Assembly: GCA_031459535.1 (NCBI GenBank)
Contig: JAVKIJ010000001.1
Coordinates: forward strand, 52,510 to 92,509
Reading direction: 5' to 3'
DNA from: Candidatus Fervidifonticultor quintus
Lineage (GTDB): Bacteria; Sysuimicrobiota; Sysuimicrobiia; Sysuimicrobiales; Humicultoraceae
DNA length: 40,000 nucleotides
This document shows, piece after piece, positions 10,130 to 19,868 of this stretch. A program made the translations under genes and the position numbers. Within the stretch, counting starts at the first letter, position 1. Every line of letters starts with the position of its first letter. The notes under the pieces were generated by a model that did no database searches, had not been told where the DNA came from, and was given only the letters and a program-made list of their open reading frames with translations.

Positions 10130-11548
10130 ATGTCGCTGGTCACCAAGCAGTACCAGAGCATTTCGTACATCTCGGGGCCGCTGCTGTTCGTGGAGGGGGC
10201 GCGGGACCTGGCCTATGGCGCCATCGTGAACATCCATCTCCCCGATGGCGGCGTGCGCGGTGGTCAGGTGATCGAGGTCTCGGAGAAGCACGCCGTCATC
10301 CAGGTTTTCGAAGAGACCGCAGGGCTCGATCTGGCCAGGACCTCGGTGAGCCTCCGTGAGGACGTGGCACGCATCGGCGTCTCGCGGGAGATGATCGGCC
10401 GCCGGTTCAGCGGCCTGGGCGAACCCATTGATGGCCTACCCCCCATCATTCCCGAGAAGCGGCTGCCTATCATCGGCGCGCCCATCAATCCCGTGGCCCG
10501 GCAGCGCCCGCAGGAGTTCATCCAGACCGGCATCTCCACCATTGACGGACTGAACACCCTGGTCCGGGGGCAGAAGCTGCCGATCTTCTCTGGCGCGGGG
10601 CTGCCCCACAACGAGATCGCGGCGCAGATCGCGCGCCAGGCCAAGGTCCTGGGCGCCGCCGAGGAGTTCTCGGTGGTGTTTGCGGCCATGGGCATCACCC
10701 AGCGGGAGGCGGCCTACTTCATCGAGCAGTTTGAAGCCACCGGCGCGCTGGCGCGCAGCGTCGTCTTCCTCAACCTGGCCGACGACCCGGCCATCGAGCG
10801 GCTGCTCACCCCGCGCATGGCGCTCACGGCGGCCGAGTACCTGGCCTTCGATCTGGACATGCAGGTGCTGGTCATCCTGACGGACATGACCAACTACTGC
10901 GAGGCGCTCCGCGAGATCGGCGCCGCCCGCGAGGAGATCCCTGGCCGCCGCGGCTACCCCGGGTACATGTACACCGACCTAGCCACCATCTACGAGCGGG
11001 CGGGCCGCATCTTCGGCCGCAAGGGCTCGATCACACAGCTCCCGATTCTGACCATGCCGGACGACGATATCACGCACCCCATCCCCGACCTGACCGGCTA
11101 CATCACCGAGGGACAGATCGTGCTCTCAAGGGCCCTGCACCGCAACGGCATCTATCCGCCCATCAACCCGCTGCCCAGCCTGTCCAGGCTGATGAACGAC
11201 GGCATCGGTCCCGGTCGGACCCGGGCCGACCACGCCAACGTGAAGGACCAGCTCTTCGCCTCGTATGCCAATGGCGTGGACCTCCGCCGGCTGGTGGCCA
11301 TTATCGGTGAGGAGGCACTGACCGAGCGCGACCGGCTCTACCTCAGGTTCGCCGAGGACTTCGAGCGCGAGTTCATCGGCCAGGGCCAGACCGAGCGCTC
11401 CATCGAGGAGACCCTCACGATGGGGTGGAAGCTGCTGTCCATGTTCCCGCGGGCCGAGCTGAAGCGCATTAAGCAGGACCACGTGGACCGGTACTACTTC
11501 GGCGAGCAGATGGAGAAGCTCTGGGAGGACCGCTCGCTCCGCAGGTAG
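10130..11548 (+). CDS. atpB: V/A-type ATPase subunit B
   Basis: [17 protein letters not shown] and [22 protein letters not shown]. The ATG at 10130 lies 4 nt after the atpA stop. The track ORF starts at 10094, inside atpA. Confidence 0.97.
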   Translation: MSLVTKQYQSISYISGPLLFVEGARDLAYGAIVNIHLPDGGVRGGQVIEVSEKHAVIQVFEETAGLDLARTSVSLREDVARIGVSREMIGRRFSGLGEPIDGLPPIIPEKRLPIIGAPINPVARQRPQEFIQTGISTIDGLNTLVRGQKLPIFSGAGLPHNEIAAQIARQAKVLGAAEEFSVVFAAMGITQREAAYFIEQFEATGALARSVVFLNLADDPAIERLLTPRMALTAAEYLAFDLDMQVLVILTDMTNYCEALREIGAAREEIPGRRGYPGYMYTDLATIYERAGRIFGRKGSITQLPILTMPDDDITHPIPDLTGYITEGQIVLSRALHRNGIYPPINPLPSLSRLMNDGIGPGRTRADHANVKDQLFASYANGVDLRRLVAIIGEEALTERDRLYLRFAEDFEREFIGQGQTERSIEETLTMGWKLLSMFPRAELKRIKQDHVDRYYFGEQMEKLWEDRSLRR

Positions 11549-11591
11549 GCGAGGCGCACCGGAGGGCTACGAGGGGTCGAGGAGCCGCACG

Positions 11592-12233
11592 ATGGCCGAG
11601 GTCATCAGCCCCACCCGCATGAATCTCCTGCAGCGGCGCAACCAGCTCCGCGTCGCGCAGCAGGGTGTGGATCTCCTCAAGCGCAAGCGGGACGCGCTGG
11701 TGGCCGACTTCTTCAAGATCGTGCGCCAGTCGCTGGCGGCCCGCGACCAGTTGGCCTCGGCGTGCAGCGAGGCGTACGTCATGCTGACCCTGGCCAAGGC
11801 CTGGGAAGGCCGGGAGGCCCTGGAAGCCGCGGCCATGGCCTCCCAGCGAGACATCCTGCTCGACATCGAGGTTCGCAATGTCTGGGGCACGAAGATCCCT
11901 GAGGTGACGGTGACCCCGGTGCGCCGGTCGGTGCTCGAACGTGGCCAGAACCTGGTGGCGACCAGCGCGCGCACCATGGAGAGCACCTCGAACTTCGAAG
12001 AGGTCATCACCGCCATCCTGGCGGTGGCCGCCACGGAGATCAAGCTGCGCAAGATCGGCGAGGAGATCAAGAAGACAACCCGCCGGGTCAACGCCCTGGA
12101 GCAGGTGGTGATTCCGCGGCTGAGGGGCGAGACGCGTTACATCGCGTCGGTGCTGGAGCAGCGGGCCCGCGAAGACGTCTTCCGCCTCAAGCGGATCAAG
12201 CAGAAACTGGAGACCAAGGCGAGTCATGGGTGA
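11592..12233 (+). CDS. atpD: V/A-type ATPase central-stalk subunit D
   Basis: 213 aa with PTRMNLLQRRNQLRVAQQGVDLLKRKRDAL, typical of subunit D. A GAGGAG SD lies 7 nt upstream. Confidence 0.93.
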   Translation: MAEVISPTRMNLLQRRNQLRVAQQGVDLLKRKRDALVADFFKIVRQSLAARDQLASACSEAYVMLTLAKAWEGREALEAAAMASQRDILLDIEVRNVWGTKIPEVTVTPVRRSVLERGQNLVATSARTMESTSNFEEVITAILAVAATEIKLRKIGEEIKKTTRRVNALEQVVIPRLRGETRYIASVLEQRAREDVFRLKRIKQKLETKASHG

Positions 12234-12996
12234 TGACGGTGCTGGCCGATCGGTCTTCTTCGGCGTCTTCCGGCGCGCCAGCCGTCTGCATGCGGTCATG
12301 GCGGTGCTATTTTGCGTCGTGGGGTTCGTGGCCGTCACCCAGGTCCGCACCGAGTGGCTCATCAGGCGCACCCTGCGCATTCCCTCCACGCAGCTCGAGG
12401 AGTTGGCCTTCGTGCTCCGGGAGCAGGAGCGCGACCGGTCCCGCTTGGAGGCCCAGATCGCCGACCTGCGCACCCGTCTGGCGGAATACGAGCGCGTCGC
12501 CGCCGAGGGCCGCAGCGTGGCGGCACGCATGAACCGGCAGCTCCAGGACCTGCGCGCGCTGGCTGGCCTGACGGCCCTGGAAGGCCCCGGCATCGTGATC
12601 ACCCTCGATGACAGCCCCCGGCCATCGCAGCCCGGCGAGGACCCCAACAAGACGATCCTGCACTACTCGGATCTGGCGGCAGTCGTGGCCGAGTTGTGGG
12701 CCGCCGGGGCCGAGGCCGTGGCCATCAACGGCGAACGGGTCACCTCCACCAGCGGCATCAACTGTGTGGGAACCACGATTCTCTGCAACATCAAGCGCAT
12801 GGCGCCCCCCTACGCGATCACGGCCATCGGCGATGCCGCCCGGCTCCAGGGGTATCTGCGCAGGCCCGGCGGGGTGCTGGACCAACTGGCGTCGTTCGAC
12901 TTTCCCATCAGGTTGGCGACCTACACCCGGGTCCGGGTGCCACCCTATCGCGGGACGTTCCGGTTTGAGTATGCTGGAATCAGCGAGAGGGAGTAG
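12226..12996 (+). CDS. DUF881-family membrane protein (YlxW/YlxX-like)
   Basis: It has an N-terminal TM segment, a coiled coil (RSRLEAQIADLRTRLAEYE) and the C-terminal domain GPGIVITLDD...AINGERV...I.C.G typical of DUF881. Its ATG overlaps the atpD stop by 8 nt. Confidence 0.8.
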   Translation: MGDDGAGRSVFFGVFRRASRLHAVMAVLFCVVGFVAVTQVRTEWLIRRTLRIPSTQLEELAFVLREQERDRSRLEAQIADLRTRLAEYERVAAEGRSVAARMNRQLQDLRALAGLTALEGPGIVITLDDSPRPSQPGEDPNKTILHYSDLAAVVAELWAAGAEAVAINGERVTSTSGINCVGTTILCNIKRMAPPYAITAIGDAARLQGYLRRPGGVLDQLASFDFPIRLATYTRVRVPPYRGTFRFEYAGISERE

Positions 12997-13002
12997 AGTG
13001 CC

Positions 13003-13350
13003 ATGTGGTTGCCGTTCGTCGGCCTGGTCCTGGGCATCGCACTCGGCTTTCTGATCTATGTGGAGATCCCGCTGGGCTATGTCAAGTACACTGCGATCGC
13101 CATCCTGGCCGCCATTGATACCATTCTGGGCGGCCTGCGGGCTCAGCTCGAGGACCGCTTCGACCTGGCCATTTTCCTGTCGGGTTTCGTCGTCAACGCC
13201 GCATTTGCGGCGCTGCTGGCGGGCATCGGTGACCTGCTGGGCCTGGACATCTATCTGGGCGCCGTCCTCGCGTTCTCGATCCGGATCTTTGACAACGTGG
13301 GGTTCATCCGGCGGGACGTGCTGATGCGCTACCTGAAAGGCGGGAGGTGA
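13003..13350 (+). CDS. sbp: Small basic family protein (DUF1290, Sbp-like)
   Basis: 115 aa starting MWLPFVGLVLGIALGF, with AILAAIDTILGGLRA and FDNVGFIRR. This is the pattern I recognise from Firmicute sbp, which normally follows DUF881 genes. Confidence 0.68.
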   Translation: MWLPFVGLVLGIALGFLIYVEIPLGYVKYTAIAILAAIDTILGGLRAQLEDRFDLAIFLSGFVVNAAFAALLAGIGDLLGLDIYLGAVLAFSIRIFDNVGFIRRDVLMRYLKGGR

Positions 13351-13353
13351 GCA

Positions 13354-14367
13354 ATGGCAGTCCGTGTGGGCATCAACGGCTTCGGGCGGATCGGCCGGCT
13401 GGTGCTGCGCGCCATGCGCCAGTACTATCCCCAGGAGATCGAGGTGGCTGCCGTCAACGACATCGCCGATCTGGCCACCAACGCCCATCTGTTCAAGTAC
13501 GACTCCAACTACGGCACCTACGGCGGGTCGGTGGAGACCCGGGAAGGCAAGTTGGTCATCGATGGCCAGGAGATCATGGTATTCGGCGAGCGGGATCCGT
13601 CCACCATCGCATGGTCCAAAGCTGGCGTCGAGGTCGTGGTGGAGTCCACCGGCCGGTTCACCCAGGCCGAGAAGGCCAAGGGGCACCTGCAGGGCGGGGC
13701 CAAGAAGGTCGTGATTAGCGCGCCGGGCAAGGGTGAAGACATCACCATCAATATGGGCGTCAACCATGAGCTCTACGATCCGGCCAGACACACCATCATC
13801 AGCAACGGTTCCTGCACCACCAATGGGCTGTCGGTGACGGCCAAGGTCCTCAGTCGCCAGTTCGGCATCAGGCGCGGCTTCATGACCACCGTGCACTCCT
13901 ACACCAACACCCAACGCATCCTGGACGTGGTCGGGGAAGATCTGCGGGAGGCCCGGGCAGCGGCGCTCAACATCATCCCGGCCAGCACCGGCGCCGCGAA
14001 GGCCATCTTCCTGGTGCTCCCGGAGCTGAAGGGCAAGATGACCGGCATCGCGCTGCGCGTGCCCACGCCCACGGTGTCCATCGTGGATCTGACCGTGGAG
14101 CTGGAGAGGCCCACGACCGCCGAGGCCATCAACGCGGCGTTTGCAGCTGCGGCCGCGGGTGAGATGAAGGGCTACCTAGGGTACAGCGAGATCCCGCTGG
14201 TGTCCATGGACTTCAAGGGCGACCCGCACTCCGGCGTGGTGGACGGGCCACTGACCGCAGTCATGCACGAGACCATGGCCAAGGTCATGACCTGGTACGA
14301 TAACGAGTGGGGCTACGCGTGCCGGGTGGCCGATCTGGTGCACTACATGGCACAACGAGGGCTCTAG
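13354..14367 (+). CDS. gap: Glyceraldehyde-3-phosphate dehydrogenase
   Basis: [12 protein letters not shown]-binding motif, catalytic SCTTN, and WYDNEWGY at the C-terminus. Confidence 0.97.
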   Translation: MAVRVGINGFGRIGRLVLRAMRQYYPQEIEVAAVNDIADLATNAHLFKYDSNYGTYGGSVETREGKLVIDGQEIMVFGERDPSTIAWSKAGVEVVVESTGRFTQAEKAKGHLQGGAKKVVISAPGKGEDITINMGVNHELYDPARHTIISNGSCTTNGLSVTAKVLSRQFGIRRGFMTTVHSYTNTQRILDVVGEDLREARAAALNIIPASTGAAKAIFLVLPELKGKMTGIALRVPTPTVSIVDLTVELERPTTAEAINAAFAAAAAGEMKGYLGYSEIPLVSMDFKGDPHSGVVDGPLTAVMHETMAKVMTWYDNEWGYACRVADLVHYMAQRGL

Positions 14368-14381
14368 GTGAGGCGCAGCCG

Positions 14382-14409
14382 GGGGCCGCGGGCGACCGCC
14401 CGCGGCCCC
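14382..14409 (+). other. Very stable GC hairpin in the gap-pgk intergenic region
   Basis: GGGGCCGCGGGCG-AC-CGCCCGCGGCCCC has perfect 13-nt arms, giving an effective 12-bp stem with a 4-nt loop. No U-tract follows. Confidence 0.5.
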
Positions 14410-14469
14410 TCGCATGACCGGCCGGCTTGGTGCTGGCGCGGCGAGACTCCGCCAAGTAGGGAGACTGAG

Positions 14470-15648
14470 ATGAAGAAGACCATTCGCGACGTGGATCTGG
14501 CCGATCGACGGGTGCTGGTGCGCGTGGATTTCAACGTGCCCATGGACGGCGGCATGGTGACCGACGACAGGAGGATCCGGGAGTCGCTCCCGACGGTGCG
14601 TTTCCTGGTCGAGCGCCGCGCCAAGGTCGTGTTGTGTTCGCACCTGGGGCGGCCGGGGGGCAAGGTGAACCCCGCGTTCAGCCTGGCACCGGTGGCGGCG
14701 CGGCTGGGCGAGTTGCTTGGGCGACCGGTGCCGCTGTTGCCCGATTGCGTCGGCCCGGCGGTGGAGGCCGCGGTGACGGCCATGCGGCCCGGTGATGTGG
14801 TGCTGCTGGAGAACCTGCGGTTCCACCCAGAGGAAGAGGCCAACGACCCGGCGTTTGCGCGGCGCCTGGCGGGCCTGGCCGATCTCTACGTCAACGACGC
14901 GTTCGGCACGGCCCACCGCGCCCACGCCTCCACCGCCGGCGTGGCCGCCTACCTGCCCGGTGTGGCGGGGTTTCTGATGGAGAAGGAGCTCAGGCATCTG
15001 GGCCAGGCCCTGGATGCCCCCCTACGGCCCTTCGTCGCCATCCTGGGGGGCAAGAAGGTCTCCGACAAGATTGCGGTGATTAGGAACCTGTTGACCCGGG
15101 CCGACGCGCTGCTGGTCGGCGGCGGCATGGCGTACACGTTCCTGAAGGCCAAGGGGTACGAGATCGGCGGCTCCATTCTCGATGCCGAGAACCTGGCCAT
15201 GGCCAGCGACTTCCTGGCCGAGGCCGACCGCCGCGGTGTGCGGTTCGAACTGCCGGTGGACGTGGTGGTAACCACGGCGCCGGACGGGAGCGCAGGTGCC
15301 CGGGTCGTTGATGCCAGAGCGATCCCGGCTGGCGAGGTGGGGGTGGACATCGGACCGCAGACTGCCGCGCGGTTCGCAGGGGTCATCCGCGGTGCGGGCA
15401 CCGTGCTGTGGAACGGCCCGATGGGCATCTTCGAGGTGCCCGCGTTCGCGGCCGGCACCAGGGCTGTGGCCGAGGCCATGGCCGCTTCCCAGGCCGTGAC
15501 CGTGGTGGGCGGCGGAGACACGGCCGCAGCCGTCGAAGAGTTTGGTCTGGCGGACCGCATGACCCATATTTCGACGGGCGGCGGTGCGTCGCTGGAGTTT
15601 CTCGAAGGCCGCGAGCTCCCCGGCATCGCGGCCTTGCAGGACGCGTAG
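14470..15648 (+). CDS. pgk: Phosphoglycerate kinase
   Basis: [11 protein letters not shown] and SHLGRPGG motifs. The ATG at 14470 follows a GGGAG SD. The track start at 14368 adds an Arg-rich non-homologous extension. Confidence 0.97.
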   Translation: MKKTIRDVDLADRRVLVRVDFNVPMDGGMVTDDRRIRESLPTVRFLVERRAKVVLCSHLGRPGGKVNPAFSLAPVAARLGELLGRPVPLLPDCVGPAVEAAVTAMRPGDVVLLENLRFHPEEEANDPAFARRLAGLADLYVNDAFGTAHRAHASTAGVAAYLPGVAGFLMEKELRHLGQALDAPLRPFVAILGGKKVSDKIAVIRNLLTRADALLVGGGMAYTFLKAKGYEIGGSILDAENLAMASDFLAEADRRGVRFELPVDVVVTTAPDGSAGARVVDARAIPAGEVGVDIGPQTAARFAGVIRGAGTVLWNGPMGIFEVPAFAAGTRAVAEAMAASQAVTVVGGGDTAAAVEEFGLADRMTHISTGGGASLEFLEGRELPGIAALQDA

Positions 15649-15672
15649 ACGTCATCGTCATTCGGAGGACGC

Positions 15673-16440
15673 ATGCGCACGCCCTTGATCGCGGGTAACT
15701 GGAAGATGCACAAGACCGTGCGGGAGGCGAGGGAGCTGGCCGAGGGTCTGCGGGCGCGCCTGGCTGGTTTCGCGGGCGCCGACGTGGTGGTCTGCCCGCC
15801 ATTCACCGCGCTGGCCGAGGTGGGCAGGATGCTGGCCGGATCGGCCATCGAACTGGGCGCGCAGGACCTGCACTGGGAGCCTGCGGGGGCGTTCACCGGC
15901 GAGATCTCGGCGCCGATGCTCTGGGACCTGGGGTGCACCTATGTGATCATCGGACACTCGGAGCGTCGGCGTCTGCTCGGTGAGGACGACGAGGCGGTGC
16001 GCCGCAAGGTGGCCGCCGCCCTCGCCAACGAGCTCATCCCGATCCTGTGCGTGGGGGAGTCGCTGGAGGAACGGGAGGATGGGCGGACCGAGCGGATCGT
16101 GCAGACCCAGGCGCGCATCGGTACCCTGGAGGTGCCCGACGGCCAGGCGGGCCAGCTGGTCATCGCCTACGAGCCGGTGTGGGCCATCGGGACCGGCCAC
16201 CCGGCCACCGGGCAGGAGGCCAATCGGATCGCCGGCCTGATCCGTGGCTGGCTACGACAGTGGTTCGGGAGTGCCGCCGAGGCCGTGCGGGTCCTTTACG
16301 GGGGCAGCGTGACGCCGGAGACCATTGCCGAGTTCGCCGGTCAGCCCGAGATCGACGGCGCGCTGGTCGGCGGCGCCAGTCTCGATGCGGACGCGTTCGC
16401 CAGCATTGTGAGGACGGTGGCCGAGCAGAAGAGATCCTGA
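15673..16440 (+). CDS. tpiA: Triosephosphate isomerase
   Basis: AGNWKMHK, IIGHSERR and AYEPVWAIGTG motifs. Confidence 0.97.
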   Translation: MRTPLIAGNWKMHKTVREARELAEGLRARLAGFAGADVVVCPPFTALAEVGRMLAGSAIELGAQDLHWEPAGAFTGEISAPMLWDLGCTYVIIGHSERRRLLGEDDEAVRRKVAAALANELIPILCVGESLEEREDGRTERIVQTQARIGTLEVPDGQAGQLVIAYEPVWAIGTGHPATGQEANRIAGLIRGWLRQWFGSAAEAVRVLYGGSVTPETIAEFAGQPEIDGALVGGASLDADAFASIVRTVAEQKRS

Positions 16441-16451
16441 CCGGGCTCCGC

Positions 16452-16892
16452 CTACGACTCCACCGTTACCCGCACCGGGCGCGGCCGCACCGCGGGGTTC
16501 TTGGGCAGGATGATCTCCAACACGCCTGACCGCAGGGATGCCTTCACCCCCGATGCGTCAATCTCCACGGGGAACTCCACCAGGCGGGCAAACTTCCCTG
16601 ACAGGCGCTCACAGCACAGGTAGCCCTCGGGCCTGCCTTCTGCCGGCCTCCGCTCGCCGCGTAGGGACAGCACCGCGCCTTCTACAGAGATCTCCAGGTC
16701 CTCGGCTCGCACCCCGGGGAGGTCTGCGCGGACCACGAAGTGCTCGCCGCCGTCGTACACGTCCACCTCGGGCGCGAACACGTACTCGGCCTGCCCACCC
16801 CGCGCGCCGGCTCTGCCCTCGATGCGCATCGGATGCCAGCCCATGCGACCGTACGGCCCTTGCCGCCACGGTCCGGTTCCCCATGTCTTCAT
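16452..16892 (-). CDS. Hsp20/alpha-crystallin small heat-shock protein
   Basis: Alpha-crystallin domain (VVRADLPGVRAEDLEISVEGAVLSLRGER...GKFARLVEFP...SGVLEIILPK). The ATG at 16892 lies 7 nt after AGGAGG. Confidence 0.9.
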   Translation of the reverse strand: MKTWGTGPWRQGPYGRMGWHPMRIEGRAGARGGQAEYVFAPEVDVYDGGEHFVVRADLPGVRAEDLEISVEGAVLSLRGERRPAEGRPEGYLCCERLSGKFARLVEFPVEIDASGVKASLRSGVLEIILPKNPAVRPRPVRVTVES

Positions 16893-16935
16893 GCGCGTGT
16901 CCTCCTGTGGCAGGCGCACTCACTGACACCCTGGA

Positions 16936-17385
16936 TCATGGTCCGCTCACCGCCGGGTACCCTGCCGCGACCCAGGCCTGGATGCCGCCCGCCATGCTGG
17001 TCACCTTCGTGTACCCGGCGCGGCGCAGGATGTCTCGACCCTGGCGGCTCCGATTGCCAGTTCGACAGACGACGACCACGTCCCGATCGCTTGGCACCTC
17101 GTTGACCCTCGACGCCAGGGCGCCCAGCGGAATCAGCGTGGACCCGGGAATGTGCACCTGGTGCCACTCCTGGGGTTCGCGCACATCGAGGATGAACGCC
17201 CCGTTCCCACGCCTGGCGGCGGCCTCGGCTGTCGAGATCTCGTCTGGATACGACGCGCGACCGCTGCCTCGCAGCCCCCAGGTCGCTGCTGCGGCCACGG
17301 CCAGGAGCACCACGAGGCCGACGACCAGATAACCGGTCGTTGACGGCTGCTGGGCACCGCCTCGCCTCGTCGTCCTCAAGCTCAT
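16936..17385 (-). CDS. Membrane-anchored single-domain rhodanese (sulfurtransferase)
   Basis: N-terminal TM helix (YLVVGLVVLLAVAAAATW) and a rhodanese domain with the active-site loop CRTGNRS. Confidence 0.85.
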   Translation of the reverse strand: MSLRTTRRGGAQQPSTTGYLVVGLVVLLAVAAAATWGLRGSGRASYPDEISTAEAAARRGNGAFILDVREPQEWHQVHIPGSTLIPLGALASRVNEVPSDRDVVVVCRTGNRSRQGRDILRRAGYTKVTSMAGGIQAWVAAGYPAVSGP

Positions 17386-17463
17386 CGGTTCACCTCGGTC
17401 ACCAACGCTGTGGAGGGCGCTGTGTCCCGCGCCGGCACCCGGCCGGCGCTAGAACCGGACCCC

Positions 17464-17667
17464 TCAGCCCCCTCCGGTCGAGCACGCGCCCTCCCCGCCG
17501 CCCGCCGTGGAGCGGCCGCGGCCGATGGCCGCGAACGCCGAGATCCTGCGTCTGATCTGCTGGCTGCCGCAGTGGGGACAGCCGACGTCCTTGACTTCGC
17601 TGTGGCTCCAGACCAGCGCCTCGAAGGCCTCGCCGCACGACTGACAGGTGAATTCGTAGACCGGCAC
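17464..17667 (-). CDS. FmdB-family zinc-ribbon protein (CxxC...CxxC)
   Basis: A GTG start gives MPVYEFTCQSCG...CPHCGS, the canonical FmdB/CxxC_CxxC_SSSS N-terminus. GGAGG lies 9 nt upstream. It has a Gly-rich tail. Confidence 0.75.
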   Translation of the reverse strand: MPVYEFTCQSCGEAFEALVWSHSEVKDVGCPHCGSQQIRRRISAFAAIGRGRSTAGGGEGACSTGGG

Positions 17668-17668
17668 C

Positions 17669-18079
17669 TCACTCACCCTCCAGGAGCGCCGCCACACGAT
17701 CCAGGCGCGCCCGGGCCTCCTCGGCTATAGGGCGCAGGTCGGCAGCTCCGATCACACCCAGCATGGCCACCGGATCGACCAGCGAGACCTCGTTGACCCC
17801 GGGCTCGACCTCCGACACGGTGACGTTGCAGGGCAGCAGCAGGCCCACCGCGGGCACGACGCTCAACGCCCGGTACGCCAGCGGAGGGTTGCACGCGCCC
17901 AGGATCGTGTACGGCCGGAACTCCACGTTGAGCTTCTGTTTCAGGGTCTCTCTCACGTCGATCGTCGTCAACACCCCGAATCCCTCGGTCTTGAGGGCGT
18001 CGGTCACCCGCGCGATCGCCTGACGGTGGTCGGCCCTGAGGCGAACCGTGCGGCCAATCGCGCTTGGCGCAACGTTCAT
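17669..18079 (-). CDS. DUF302 domain protein
   Basis: The 136-aa product has FGVLTTIDVRETLKQKL...YTILGACNP, typical of DUF302. The ATG at 18079 follows AAGGAGGTG. The rest of track ORF 17669..18523 overlaps the upstream gene. Confidence 0.8.
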   Translation of the reverse strand: MNVAPSAIGRTVRLRADHRQAIARVTDALKTEGFGVLTTIDVRETLKQKLNVEFRPYTILGACNPPLAYRALSVVPAVGLLLPCNVTVSEVEPGVNEVSLVDPVAMLGVIGAADLRPIAEEARARLDRVAALLEGE

Positions 18080-18147
18080 GGTGGTGTGCACCTCCTTGTG
18101 TGACATGGCAGCGATGACCAGTGTCCGACGAACCTCGAACGCGGCAC

Positions 18148-19536
18148 TCACTCGACCGGGAAGCCGCTCCGCACCCAGGCGGCAGTGCCTCCGCTGACGT
18201 TGTAGACCGCGGCGAACCCTCTGTGGACCAGCAGCGCCGCCGCCGACTGGCTGCGGTTGCCGGTTTCGCAGATGACCGCCGTGGGCCGGGCCGGATCCAG
18301 CTCGCGCACCCGCTCGAGCAACTGGCCCAGCGGGAACAGCCGCGCCCCTGGCACGTGACCCTGCTCGAATTCCCAGGGCTCGCGCACGTCCAGCACGACC
18401 GGCGCGCTGCCGCCGCCCGCCCCGAGCATGGCGCGCAACGCTTCGGCGGAGAGGTCGTGCACGCCTCCGCTGGCAAGCGGAAGACCCATCGCCTGCCAGG
18501 CGTTCAACCCCCCGTTGAGACAACCGAGTACTTGCTCGAATCCCACACGGGCCAGCGCCAGGACCACCCGGCTATACGCGGCGTGATCGTCGAGCAACAG
18601 GATCACCGGTGCATCCGCCGGGAGGACGAAGCCGCTGCGGTTGCTCAGTTGAGGATCGGCCTGCAGGTGCACCGACCCGAGGATGTGGGCCCGGACGTAC
18701 TCCACCCGCGGCCGCACATCGAGCAGCACCGCGCCCTGGTCGAGGCGCGCGAGGGCTTCACCGATCGGAATGGCTCGCGGGGTGACCTCACCGAGCGGGG
18801 TCGGACCTCGTCGGTTGGCCTGTTTGATCCACGCGTGGTTGGCCGGCTGTTCCGGTAGCCGGTCAGTGGCGAACTGGACGAAGCCGGGCTTCGGGCGCGG
18901 GCGCAGCGCCGGGTTGAACCGCCGCTCGAATCCCAGGGTCGTGGTCGGCATGGCGCCGATAGACCTGCCGCACAACGATCCCTTGCCGTGCCCCGGGTAG
19001 ACCAGCACGCTGTCGGGCAGCGCCAGGAGCCTGCCGAACAGGCTGTCGTACAGGTGGCCCGCAAGCTCGCGCGCCGCGTCCAGGCCGACCAGGTCCGGCC
19101 GGCCCACGTCGCCTACGAAGAGCGTGTCGCCGGTAAACGCCAGCCACGGTTCGCCCGAGCGCCGCAGGTCGGCCGCCAGCACTGTGACGCTGTCAGGCGT
19201 GTGCCCCGGCGTATGACGCACCTGCAGCCGCGCCGTGCCGAGCTCGAGGATGTCGCCGTCTCGCATCGGAGCGTGCGGAAACTCGGCGCGGCCAGCCTCG
19301 TGGACGCAGATGGTCGCCCCGGTCCGCGCGGCCAGATCGGTATTGCCGGAGATGTGATCGGCGTGGAGGTGCGTTTCGATGATGTGGCTAATGCGCGCGC
19401 CGCGGGCCGCGACGGCGTCCAGGTACCGTCTGGTGTCGCGGTCGGGATCAATGACCGCCGCGACGCCGTGCACCTCGCAGCCGATCAGGTACGACGCGCA
19501 CCCGAGCCCATCCACGGTGAACTGCTGGACGTACAT
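18148..19536 (-). CDS. Persulfide dioxygenase-rhodanese fusion (MBL fold plus two rhodanese domains, CstB-like)
   Basis: HLHADH metallo-beta-lactamase motif. The middle rhodanese-like domain lacks the Cys (LLLDDHAAYS). The C-terminal rhodanese has the active loop CETGNRS. Confidence 0.88.
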   Translation of the reverse strand: MYVQQFTVDGLGCASYLIGCEVHGVAAVIDPDRDTRRYLDAVAARGARISHIIETHLHADHISGNTDLAARTGATICVHEAGRAEFPHAPMRDGDILELGTARLQVRHTPGHTPDSVTVLAADLRRSGEPWLAFTGDTLFVGDVGRPDLVGLDAARELAGHLYDSLFGRLLALPDSVLVYPGHGKGSLCGRSIGAMPTTTLGFERRFNPALRPRPKPGFVQFATDRLPEQPANHAWIKQANRRGPTPLGEVTPRAIPIGEALARLDQGAVLLDVRPRVEYVRAHILGSVHLQADPQLSNRSGFVLPADAPVILLLDDHAAYSRVVLALARVGFEQVLGCLNGGLNAWQAMGLPLASGGVHDLSAEALRAMLGAGGGSAPVVLDVREPWEFEQGHVPGARLFPLGQLLERVRELDPARPTAVICETGNRSQSAAALLVHRGFAAVYNVSGGTAAWVRSGFPVE

Positions 19537-19571
19537 GACCGCCCCCTCCGCGCCTCGGGCGTGTCAGGGCC

Positions 19572-19856
19572 CTACCGCAGCATCAGAAACACCTTCCGCA
19601 GGCGCGCCATGTTTGCCCGAGCCTGCGGAGTGCCCCCGGCGTCTGTGCGCAGACACTTCTCCATGCCGGCGGCGATCAGGTCGATCGCCACCCGATCCAG
19701 CGCGGCCCGCGCCGCCGCCACCTGCTGGGCCACATCGGCACAGTCGCGACCCTCAGCCAGCATCCGCTGGAGGCCCTGGACCTGCCCTTCAACCCGGCGC
19801 AGCCTGCGGATGATCTCGTCGACCTCGGGCTCCCCCAGCTGCAGCACCGGCGTCAT
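19572..19856 (-). CDS. CsoR/RcnR-family (DUF156) repressor with a CstR-like two-Cys signature
   Basis: 94 aa with RRLRRVEGQVQGLQRML and Cys in RDCADV and MEKCL. The residue four before the second Cys is Gly, not the His of copper-sensing CsoR. Confidence 0.86.
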   Translation of the reverse strand: MTPVLQLGEPEVDEIIRRLRRVEGQVQGLQRMLAEGRDCADVAQQVAAARAALDRVAIDLIAAGMEKCLRTDAGGTPQARANMARLRKVFLMLR

Positions 19857-19868
19857 CGTCTTCTCCTG

